A DNA stretch of 64,000 nt from Octopus sinensis (taxonomy: Eukaryota): assembly GCF_006345805.1 (NCBI RefSeq), contig NC_043007.1:41602001-41666000 (forward strand), written 5' to 3'. Numbering within the stretch: the first letter of the stretch is position 1; the number at the start of each line of letters is the position of its first letter. Position numbers and translations under genes: made by a program. The notes under the pieces are model-generated. The model searched no databases, was not told the origin of the DNA, and worked only from the letters and a program-made list of their open reading frames with translations. This document shows, piece after piece, positions 38,470 through 49,487 of this stretch.

Positions 38470-38833
38470 ACTCTTTTACTCTTTTACTTGTTTCAGTCAT
38501 GTGACTGTGGCCATGCTGGAGCACTGCCTTTAGTCGATCAAATTGACCCCAGGACTTATTCTTTGTAAGCCTAGTACTTATTTTATCTGTCTCTTTTGCC
38601 GAACCGCTAAGTTATGGGGATGTAAACACAGACACGCACATACATATATATATACACACACAAATATACGACAGGCTTCTTACAGTTTCTGCCTACCAAA
38701 TCCACTCACAAGGGTTTGGTCGGCCCGAGGCTATAGCAGAAGACACTTACCCAAGGTGCCACGCAGTGGGACTGAACCCGGAATCATGTGGTTCGTAAGC
38801 AAGCTACTTAGCACACAGCCACTCCTACGCCTA
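38470..38833 (-). mobile_element. SINE family A, full length
   Basis: Head to tail intact; aligns with 352-823. Confidence 0.85.
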
Positions 38834-39094
38834 GATCAATATATTTTATTTTAGTCTACAAGGGAAGCAGGGAGAGTTATTGGAAGAATTATGAGAGTAT
38901 CAGACTAAAATACCTTGCAATATTTGCTGCAGCTCATTTTCTTTTCAATATACACATCCTGCTTAGGTCAAGTTTATCTTCCATTGCTCTGGGCTCAATA
39001 AAATAAAGTATAAGTCAAATACTGGAGTCAATATAATTGACTGTTGCTATCTTCCTCTTTCTTTTACCAAAATATTTTTGACTTTATGCCTACA

Positions 39095-39483
39095 CTAGCA
39101 GTATCGCCCGGTGTTGCTCAGGTTTGTTTCAACCCTTTAGAATTGGAATTTTTGAAAAGTAAAAATTTTGCATTATGTAGCTTGTTATTCTCTTTAAGTG
39201 AACATTTTTCTGGCTGAAATACACTGAAAAATGGCAACACAGCAGTCAAAATATTGTAAAAAATAGGGATTTTCATAGAAAAAAAGCACCTTTTTGATGT
39301 AAATAACTTTTGATCTTAACATGGTCCGATTTGAATTTTATTTTCTACGGAATGAAGAGCAAACCTTCTTCTATCATACTCTCAATTTTGGTCAACTTGC
39401 GCCACAGGGTCTCAGAGGAGATAGTGTTAGTTGAAGGCTACCAAACTGCCACACACAGACAACTTCAGCTTTATATATAGAGA
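39095..39483 (-). mobile_element. Non-autonomous Helitron (389 bp), second family
   Basis: Minus strand A|TCTCTATATATAAAGCTGAAGTTGTCTG ... ctgagcaacaccgggcgatactgCTAG|T. Confidence 0.85.
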
Positions 39484-40081
39484 TTTGGAACAAATATTTC
39501 AGCACAATCTGGTGTAAAAATTAATTTGATGAAATTTGGGCTACATAAAATGTTTGTGTTACTTGCAGTTTTCTTTCAGATTTTGCTGTACCATGTCATA
39601 TTTTTCTGAGAGGAGGCCTGTCTCTCCTAAGTCTTGTTGGTTTTAAATTGTCGTTGGTGATTTTCTAATGTTGTCTTTTGATCTGTTTAGCATGGGATTC
39701 TCTACCAAGAGCTTGCACCCTGTGGTACTGCCGTTAGAGTTAGTGAGGCACATAAGTAACCACATCAAAACAAGGACTGGAACATGTAGTGGGAGGGATA
39801 TCACTTAAAAGCTATTTCTTTAAAAAAAAAAAAAATATTTCTAAAATCCTTCTTCTAGAATTTTCTTTCAGAGATACAAATTGGATCTCAATCACAATAA
39901 TATTACTTCCCCTGCCAATTTCAGTAGCTAGGCCTTGCCCTTTCACCTTTTGCTTATTAATTACAAAAGATTTACCAACAAGGAATGAGATAATTATGTA
40001 ATCAGTGACAATTAAGTCAGACAAAACTAACATTAAATGTACTGTCATATGGGAAGGGCAATCATTACCCACCCACATATG

Positions 40082-40118
<37 letters not shown>

Positions 40119-40916
40119 GTTCATCCATCTAAACACACACATACAAACATATGTACGTAAAAACAAACATACATACATGCATACACAAATACACACACAC
40201 ACATGCATACACAAACACACACACACATGCATACACAAACACACAGAAATACAGACATATATACACATACACATACATTCAAACAAGTACACAAATAGAC
40301 ATACATACTTAAAAACAAACACATATACACAAGCACACACATACAGATGTAGATATACATACACATGTACAATACAAATACACATACATATTCACACACA
40401 CACATGTCATTATCCACATACAACCTGCAGCTTTGAAACAATAAGTCAAGTTCCACAGTTCAGTTCCTCTCATCACCACCACCACCACCACCACCATATC
40501 TGGATGTGTCATGTTATATACACTCCATATCATTCACCTTCACATTCATTAACCACCAAAACACCCTGAGCCAAAGAAAGAATTTCTAAGTGGTTGCACG
40601 ACCTGCTAGAAATAACAACCAAGTACTCCTCAAATCACACCCTTCAATAAGTGCAAGTCACATTACCTAATATAGTTCTACATAAACATAAAATAAACCA
40701 GTTGCAGAAATGACCGCTCCCACTTTTCTTTTTTTTACTTATTGTGTCTGGAGAGAGGGGATAGATCCCCTAACCCTTGCAATCCCTCCACAACTAGTGA
40801 GACTGACGATGTGAATGTTCTGTTTAAACTGCTGCAAGTCAGCATCCACAGGAAAGGCTTGAACTGAGAGGAGATTCCAGAAGGTCAATGTTCTGGAGAA
40901 GAAGGATTGGAAATTA

Positions 40917-40981
40917 TTTTTTTTACTTGTTTCAGTCATTAGATTGTGGCCATACTGAGGACTTTCTATTTCTTATTCTAC

Positions 40982-41013
<32 letters not shown>

Positions 41014-41337
41014 TGTATGTATGTATGTATGTATGTAGTATGTATGTATGTATGTATGTATGTGTGTATGTATGTGTGTATGTATGTGTGTATGTGTGTA
41101 TGTATGTATGTATGTATGTATGTATGTGTGTGTGTATGTGTGTATGTATGTATGTATGTATGTAACACACACATACACACATGACAGGCTTCCTTCAGTT
41201 TCTGTCTACCAAATCCACTCAAAAGGCTTTGATCAGCTGAAGGCTTATAGTAGAAGACCCTTGCCCAAGGTACCACACAGTGGGACAATTTGGAAGTTCC
41301 AGTTGTTGGAAAGCAAGTTTCTTATCACATAGCTATG
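40917..41337 (-). mobile_element. SINE family A with an expanded ~200-bp internal (TATG)n and an internal deletion
   Basis: Tail at 40917-40960, microsatellite at ~40983-41180, head at 41183-41337. Confidence 0.7.
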
Positions 41338-41679
41338 CAACACTTAGCCATACCATTTTTCTTTTAATGCTGTCAAACAAGTTGGAATTGCCTCCTTTGA
41401 GGATGCTCTTGAATTCTCTGTTTATGGAATCAATATAGGCCCCAGCGTGTTTGCGTCATGGGCTACTCAACCCAAAGAAAATTCTAAATGAGCCCCACCT
41501 GCAAGGTCATGCACTGTTTATCTTGATATAAGGTCACCAAGTTGCACACATATGGTTGTGATGCATGTACCTGGTGTACTCTTAGACATGTAGTCACGAT
41601 GAGTATATTGGGCTTCCTGTATTTGTATCTGAGTGTCACTTCAATGGCATGTATTGCTCTCTCACTGAATAATAATAAT

Positions 41680-42155
41680 TTCAAATTTTGGTACAAGGCC
41701 AGTAATTTCAGAGGAAGGAATAAGTCAATTATATCAGCTTCAGTACTCAACAGGTACTTATTTTTTTGACTCCAAAAGGTTGAAAGGCAATGTTTTTTTC
41801 AGGAAGCTATCAAGACAGTACTGCAGCCAACACACAGACATCTGAAACAGCATTTAAAGGAAAAACCATTCCACTGATTGATATGTAGACATTCACCAAT
41901 TCCATCCAATATGTAATCCATAGATATGCTGTATCCACTCTTCGTCAATTCTACTGCTACTATAATGGTCTCTGCTCTTTGTAGCAAACCAGTCTTGTAT
42001 CATTTCCATTCAGGTATTCATGACTCACACATTTGTCCACTCTCATTGCCTATGTTGTGTCCATCTATTCTCAACAAAAGCGGAATTTGAACTCGATACA
42101 TAAGGACAGATGGAATGTCGCTAAGCATTCTAACGATTTTGCCAGCTCAGTGCTT
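41680..42155 (-). mobile_element. SINE family B split by a templated insertion
   Basis: ...ggttgaaaggcaa|~290 bp|gcggaatttgaactc... Confidence 0.7.
41814..42081 (+). repeat. 268-bp direct duplication, derived copy
   Basis: Matches 44331-44598 with 3 substitutions (manual comparison). Confidence 0.95.
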
Positions 42156-42179
42156 TAATAATAACAACATCAATCCTTT

Positions 42180-42610
42180 CTTCTATAAGCACAAGGCCTG
42201 ACATTTTTAAGCAGTGGGGGCTAGTAGATTACATTATGCCAGTACTTGACTGGTACTTATTTTACTGATCCAAAAGGAAAAGAGCAAAATCAACTTTGGC
42301 AGAATTTGAACTCAGAATGTAAAAAAACCAGAAAAATTTGGCGTGATGTGCTAATGATTCTGCCAGCTCACTACCATGATAATAATAATAATGATTTCAA
42401 ATTCTTGGCACAAGGCCAGCAAGTTCAAAGGAGGGGTATAGTCGATTACGTCAACCCTAATGTTCAATTGGTTCAATTGGTACTTTGTTTATTGACCTTA
42501 AAAGGGTGAAAGGCAAAGTCGATCTTGGTGGAATTTGAACTCAGAATGTAAAGATAGAAACATTTCTAAGCTTTTTCTCCAGTGTGCTAATGCTTCAGCC
42601 AGTTTACCAC
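42180..42610 (-). mobile_element. Two tandem SINE family B copies
   Basis: gaatttgaactcagaatgtaaa core at ~42301 and ~42531; (AAT)n spacers. Confidence 0.7.
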
Positions 42611-43669
42611 CATAATAATCATAATAATAATGTTATTATCATTATCATCCTGACTGACAAAGGGAAACCCATCCTTTCAATGTGCCAAAATCCATGAACT
42701 GAATGGTTAAATTCATTCTCTGACCTTTCCAATAAAAATAGACATTACATAATCTTAAAGAATGTCACTAACATTGACACTCTTCTAATATTCATAGTAG
42801 TGTGTCATAATAGGATGAGTCGGCAATCAAAGTAATTATTTGTGTCATTTATAAAATATTTTATTTGGAGAATAAAAAACGTTCAAACATATTACAGGAG
42901 GAGAAATGGGAAATTATGAGTTCCAGGATTTCCTCCAAAGAAAATTGGTTTAACCCTTAACCTGTCCTGTTAATATATTTCCCTGAGATTTATCCATCAT
43001 ATATGATACATATTACCAATTTCTTTCCAGCCACCAGAGCAACTTGGAACTTATGAAAAGACAGCTTTATATCACTCAGAATGAATGAATCAATGGTTAA
43101 ATAAATATCTGAAAACAAGTATGGGCATTTGGAACAAACTTATGAAAATGCATTGGACAGGCAATGGGTTGAGCAAAATGCTGTGGTATTTTGTTCTGGT
43201 TGTTTACATTCCAAGTTCAGTTCTCACCAAACTTAATTTTCTTTTCCCCATCCTTCTGAAGTAGATAAAATATTGTTATGAATCAAGGTTGATTTTAGGG
43301 ACTATATCCTCCCCAATAAATTGTGACTGCATCATTGTCAGAAACACCAAATCAATTTCTCAGACTGATATTGCATTTAAAGAAGGTTATGAGGTGATGG
43401 TCACTGTTTGGTGGTTGGCAAGTGGAAGTGTCCACTACTATGTCTCAAATCTTATAGAAACCAAAACAGCAGAGAAATATTAGTTTCAAATTTTGGCACA
43501 ACACCAGCAATTTCAGGGCAGGGGATAAGTTGTTTATATTAACCCCAGTGCTGAAAGGCAAGTTGACCTTGGCAGGTGGAATTTGAACTAAGAAAGTGAA
43601 GACAGATGAAATGCTGCTAAGCATTTTGTCCAGCATACTAATGATTCAGCCAGCTCACCACCTTACACA

Positions 43670-44000
43670 GGAAATAAGCAAAATGCACCAAAATCTGCAA
43701 AATTTATGTCCAGCATTGGCCTTCAGTATGACAAAACTATGTCCTGCTAATGACAAAAGAGAAATTCAACTGGTTATGAAACCACTACAACCAGCTTACT
43801 TGACAAGACATCCCTGCACACATTTATCATTCCTCCAACCAGCTTGATAGCTTCCTGAAAAAAAGCTTTACAACAATCAAGCTACAGCTCAAAATACCAT
43901 CAAAGAATTCTTCATTTCCAAGACTCCAAAATGTTTCCAGAATAGAATTATTTCTTGTTCATAGAATATGTAGACCCTAATGAATATTTTGATTAATTCA
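43670..44000 (+). mobile_element. Highly decayed mariner transposase C-terminal fragment
   Basis: Pieces QLDSFLK, YNNQATAQNTIKEFFISKTP and VDPNEYFD* resemble the mariner C-terminus. Confidence 0.5.
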
Positions 44001-44330
44001 GGCCTTGTGCCATTATATCAGAAACAATTATTTTGATTAATAAAATTTTTTTCAGCCGAGATGTATTGCTTCAAGGTTAAATGTTTAAAACCTATAAATA
44101 TTTTTGACCCACCTGACATTAGTGCTTCACAGTAAAGAGAGGGAAGTAGGGAGATGCTAACACTCTTAATATGTTAAGTTATCGCATATTGTAACTCTCA
44201 AAGCAAATTCTGCTCTACAAAAACTGACCCTTTCTTCTCCAAACCAGAAAATATTTCAGCTCCCAACAATTGCCAACAGTCTACAAAGCTCAGAGTTGCA
44301 CCCAAAATGGAGTGCTACACCGAGATCTAT

Positions 44331-44598
44331 GACAGTACTGCAGCCAACACACAGACATCTGAAACAGCATTCAAAGGAAAAACCATTCCACTGATTGATA
44401 TGTAGACATTCACCAATTCCATCCAATATATAATCCATAGATATGCTGTATCCACTCTTCGTCAATTCTACTGCTACTATAATGGTCTCTGCTCTTTGTA
44501 GCAAACCAGTCTTGTATCATTTCCATTCAGGTATTCATGACTCACACATTTGTCCACTCTCATTGCCTATGTTGTGTCCATCTATACTCAACAAAAGC
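44331..44598 (+). repeat. 268-bp direct duplication, donor copy
   Basis: Embedded in continuous unique sequence; matches 41814-42081. Confidence 0.95.
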
Positions 44599-44841
44599 TC
44601 CTGTCCCCAGTCCTTTCACTCAGAACATAGAACCTCAGGAATTTTTACCCAAGACAAATACTTCAATGTGAATGTATTCGAGAAAGGTATTAATGTCAAC
44701 AATCTTATTAGTGTTAGTTTTTTTATGTTGCATGTGAATGCCATAAGAGCACAACACAATCCAGCTTGTTCTTTCAGACAAAGCCCAGAAACCGAAAACA
44801 CAGACACATGCAAATGCACACAACCTACCATCAGTCTAGAC

Positions 44842-45247
44842 CAGTGCCCCACAACCTTTTTCAATTTGCAATACACTTATATTCTTTTCAAAATTTGGTG
44901 GCACATCTGAACTAAAAATATAACAAAGTATTGGGAAAAGATTATATTCAGGTTACACTGTGGCACACTTAGCATTGTCTCGTGGCACAGCACACCAGTG
45001 TGCTACAGCATACCGGTTGGCCGTCCAAGAATTTGGACCTGGAGATCTCCATTTCCAGCGACTTTGAGGGCCACCTCCCAGTGGTGTCGGGCATCAACAA
45101 AGAGCCCTCGACTACAACAAGACGACCAAAGTTGTTTTTTTTCCAAGGTCTGGGGTCTCCTGTCCCTAAGCCCTAGACCATCACTTAATCACCCTTACCC
45201 ATCTTGTTACTTAACAACAACAACAGCATACCTGTTGTGGAGCAGTG
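44842..45247. mobile_element. Charlie-type hAT MITE interrupted by a LINE tail
   Basis: TIR cagtgccccacaac / gttgtggagcagtg; TSD gtctagac / atgtagac (NTCTAGAN-like). Confidence 0.7.
45020..45223 (+). mobile_element. 5'-truncated non-LTR retrotransposon 3' end with (AAC)n tail and 14-bp TSD
   Basis: TSD cagcataccggttg (45006-45019) / cagcatacctgttg (45224-45237); clade not assigned. Confidence 0.65.
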
Positions 45248-45961
45248 ATGTAGACTAGTGGCTCTCAACCAGTGTCCAAATGGCCCTTGGAGGTCCATAT
45301 AAGATTTTGTTGTTAAAATTTATCTGCAATAAATTGGTTATACTTTTACAATACACAAAATACTTTAATAATTTTTTTTCTTTTATTACAATTCCTTGTT
45401 ATGTAATTATTTTTTAAGCATCAAATGACTAGGAGAGTCCATCTGAGTAAAATAGGAATCAAAGGGGGTTCCACAGGTAAAAATGGTAAAAATGAACTCG
45501 ACAGAATGACACACACATATACATACACAGCATGTGAAACACAGAGAAACACATGCAATTGCAGAGAGATACACACAACCTACTCTCAACACATATACAC
45601 ACATACACGTACAACCATGTCAGCACGGTAAATAGATGTTAAATGGTGATAAATACACACAGCTTTCTATCATACACATATGCAAACATGCACACATGCA
45701 CAGCACACCATCATACATAAACACAGACATGTACATATACTTAATACAAAAACACTCGCACACACATAACAAGGGTCACACACACACAGCTGATACATAC
45801 ACATACATACACATGCATACACACATGTATACATACACATGCACAAATACATACATACATACTGAGAGAGAGAGAGACATGTAAACAAAGGTACAAGAAT
45901 GCAACAATCGCCCAACCCCACAACACATAAAGTATGGATGAGGACAAATAAGGTAACTTAC

Positions 45962-46029
45962 CTAAGTTGAATTTACCTGTGTTGTCAAACACTGACTTGT
46001 TGACATCAGGTGCTGAACATTGACAGTTT
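45962..46029 (-). CDS. Candidate internal exon (53 or 68 nt, phase 2 to 1) with tandem donors
   Basis: Acceptor tgtttcacatatttcag|A; donors CAG|GTAAAT (exon end 45977) and TAG|GTAAGT (45962); reads NCQCSAPDVNKSVFDNT(GKFNL). Confidence 0.55.
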
Positions 46030-46074
46030 CTGAAATATGTGAAACATACATTTGATTTAGATATGGTATATGTG

Positions 46075-46460
46075 GCAGTGTTGGTGGTTGTGATTGTGAC
46101 AATGATGATAGTTGTGGTGGTGATTGTGATGATGATGGTGATTTTTGTGGTGATGGTAGTGATTGTTGTGGTGGCGGTGGTGACTTGTGGTGGTGGCGGT
46201 GGTGACTGTTGTGGTGGTGGTGGTGACTGTTGTGATGGTGGCGGTGGTGACTTGTGGTGGTGGCGGTGGTGACTTGTGGTGGTGGCGGTGGTGACTTGTG
46301 ATGGTGGCGGTGGTGACTGTTGTGGTTGTTGTAGTGGTGATATAGTGCTGATGGTGTGATTGTGTTAGTGGCAACGACAGTGGTGATGATTGTGGCAGAA
46401 GTTGTGACAGTGGTAGTGGTGGCGCCTGTGATTACAACAGTGGTAGTGGTGGTGGTGGTG
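46075..46460. repeat. (GGT/GAT)n compound repeat with a 22-bp unit (gtggtggcggtggtgacttgtg)
   Basis: gacttgtg recurs at a 22-bp period around 46249-46293. Confidence 0.85.
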
Positions 46461-47198
46461 GATTGTAGAAATGGCTGTTTCAGTTTTGTCATTGGTAGTG
46501 AAGATGATGGTGGTTCCTGCTCAGGTCTGATTAACCAGACCTTAACCATGAACATCCTGCCATTCTCCTGAGTACTGTGTACCCAATGTGTTCTTCCTTT
46601 AGAAAGACTATAAGGTACTGCTATTATTGGGCAGCATCTGAGGCGGTGGCAATAACATACAATAAATAACTTAATTATATTTTCAAGTGCCCTTCATTTT
46701 AGCTATAAATGTATCTAAATACATACATATATACACATACATATACACAGATACACACGTACACACATTTGCACACACATACACACACACTTATATACAC
46801 ACACACATACACAAAATCATGCCAAAACAGACACAGAAGTCTGGTGCAGGTTCCTGCCTGGCCAGTTCCTATCAAACCGTCCAACCCATGCCAGTATGAA
46901 AGGCAGATGTTAAACAATGATGATGATGATGACACACACATACAGGCACACACACACACACACACACACACATGTTTTATTATAACTTTAAATGAGACTA
47001 AATTTTGCACTTTCATCAAGATTTCATATTAAATGCTTTGCAGAGAACAAATATTTTTGTCATAATTGCAATGTGTTTATTTCTATAATTACTCTCAACA
47101 TCTACTTCTTCCATGCTTGCATGGGTCAATCTTCATTGAGGCAGATTTTCTATGGTTGAAAGCTCTTCGCGTCACCAACCAAAACCACTTAACTCACA

Positions 47199-47251
<53 letters not shown>

Positions 47252-47257
47252 TGTGTG

Positions 47258-47290
<33 letters not shown>

Positions 47291-47540
47291 TGTGGTGTGT
47301 GTGTATGTGTGTGTGTAATTCATTTCATACTATCTAACATCTACAGATAATTAATACTAAATTATCCTTGTTTTAATTGTTTAGTTTATGAGCTGTAAAC
47401 TCTAAAAATATTCATGGTAAAGAGATTTCCTGCATAAGGAAATGATGAATTTTACTCTTTAGACTTCCATTATGAATAGACAAAAACAGATAAACTGCAC
47501 AAAGATAATAAGTATCTTATTCATGGAACAGACTTATCTA

Positions 47541-48833
47541 TGAGGGGTGTTCATTAAAGATTTCCCCTGACCCACTTCCCAAAGACTGGGATAAACGAAA
47601 CTGGGCATAATTATGAGTCTGAGTCCTACTCTACATAGCCACCACCAATGGTGACACACTTCTCCCATCGTTTTATGCAGCTATGAAGACCTCATCTATA
47701 GAAGTCAATAGGTTGCATCGAGAGCCAAGACCTTACCTCGGAAGTTCAGCATCTGAAATGTGTTTCCTTTTCAAAAAGGACTTCATGGCTGGAAAGAGGT
47801 GGAAGTCAGATGGTGCAAGGTCAGTAGAGTAAGGAAGATGAGGAAGGATTACATATCCACAGGAGTGTGCTTTCATCTGGGTAACACGCACATTGTGAAT
47901 TGGGGAATTGTCTTGGAGGAGGCAGACTCCTTTGGTCAGCATGACATGCCTCTCATCTTTGATGCTGTCCAGCAATTTCCACAACAGAGAAGCATAATAT
48001 GCCCCATTAATTGTGGTGCCCTTTGCTAGAAAATCCATCATCACTATTCCACATTGGTCTCAAAAGACAGTGAGTCTCACCTTGCCTGCTGAGGGTTGGA
48101 TACAAACCTTCTTTGGGGGTGGTGAGTTATCATGCTTCCATTGCTTTGATTGGACTTTAGTCTCAGGATCATAGTGATGGACCCAGGTTTCATCCAGTGT
48201 GATAAATCTGCCGAAAATGTCCTTCTCATTTTCTTGGCACATGCCAAAAGAGCTTGAGAGCAATTGACTTGATACTGCTTCTGAAAAGGTGTGAGCATCC
48301 GGGGAATCGACTGTGCAGACATCTTCTGCATGTGCAAATGGTAATGGATGATTTTTTTCCACAGACCATTGACTTATCTTCACTTCTTGGGCTAATTGCC
48401 AAATAGTTATGTGGCAATCCTCCAAAATGGCAGCTTCCACTTTATGAATGATGCCATCATCAATAGCAGAATGTGGCCATCCAGGAATATGAGTAGTTTC
48501 CACCGATGTCCAACCACATTTGAATTAGCAATGCGAGTGCTTGACTATATTGTATGATGGTGCATGGGCACCATAAACGTCTTTCGTCTCATCGAAAGCC
48601 TCTTCTGGTGTACATCCTTTCAAGTATAAGAACCTGATAACCGATCTGTATTCAACTGCTTCCATTGCTACACCATAGTCCACTTCAGCAGCCATAAAAG
48701 ACAAATGAATACTAGTGGAAAGCTGCAATTAACAATGTGACATGTAGAGACATGTATGATTATACCTGTATAAGTTCCATTTCCTCCAATAACCAGAAGT
48801 GGGCCTAAAGAAATCTTTAGTGAACACCCCTCG
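47541..48833 (-). mobile_element. Full-length (~1.29 kb) mariner transposon with degenerate D,D34D transposase
   Basis: ~24-bp TIRs (t/c)gaggggtgttca(t/c)taaagatttc at both ends; left TA flank; ORF pieces EYRSVIRFLYLKG, ITLDETWVHHYDPETK, LLQDNSPIH, YSTDLAPSDFHLF in different frames. Confidence 0.93.
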
Positions 48834-49171
48834 TCATTATAAATGGAGAAGTTTGTCTGGCTTGAAATAACACCGTTTCCCAATAAATCTTTTCCAAATT
48901 TCACATGAACATCAAGATGCAACCAAAAATTTATTTGCAAAACAAAAAACAATTCTATGGGTTCCTGGAATAAAACACAGAGAGGAATTAAAGGAGATGA
49001 AGAAAGACAGTTGTATGGTAGCTGAGTAGATGTGAAGTACAGTAATGTCAGTTTAGTATGTTAAATACAGCGTTTTTCTTTCTTTTGTTTCTCTTTAATC
49101 TTTTTTCTCTCCCTCTCATACTCTTATCTCTCTCAGATACAATGTGCACACACACACACACACACACACGA

Positions 49172-49387
49172 GATATGTAAGGTGATCTGGCAGAATCATT
49201 AGCACACCAGGCAAAATGCTCAGAGGCATTTCGGCCATCTTTACATTCTGAGTTCAAATTCCACCTAGATCAACTTTGCCTTTCATCCTTTCAGGGCTGA
49301 TGAAATAAGTACCAGTTACATACTGAGATCGATATAATTGACAAGCCCCCAAAATTTCAGGCCTTGTGCCTTTAGTAGAAAGGAATA
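49172..49387 (+). mobile_element. SINE family B with the alternative (ggccttgtgcc) tail
   Basis: Same head and core; tail ccccaaaatttcaggccttgtgcctttagtagaaagg. Confidence 0.8.
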
Positions 49388-49446
49388 TATGTGTGTGTGT
49401 ATACATACATGCACATATATACACTACACACACATAGAGTGAAGGG

Positions 49447-49487
<41 letters not shown>

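Noticed and set aside
45962-46555. 197-aa His/Thr/Pro-rich ORF
   Set aside because: Trinucleotide-repeat translation; only its last ~68 nt has independent exon evidence, in a different frame.
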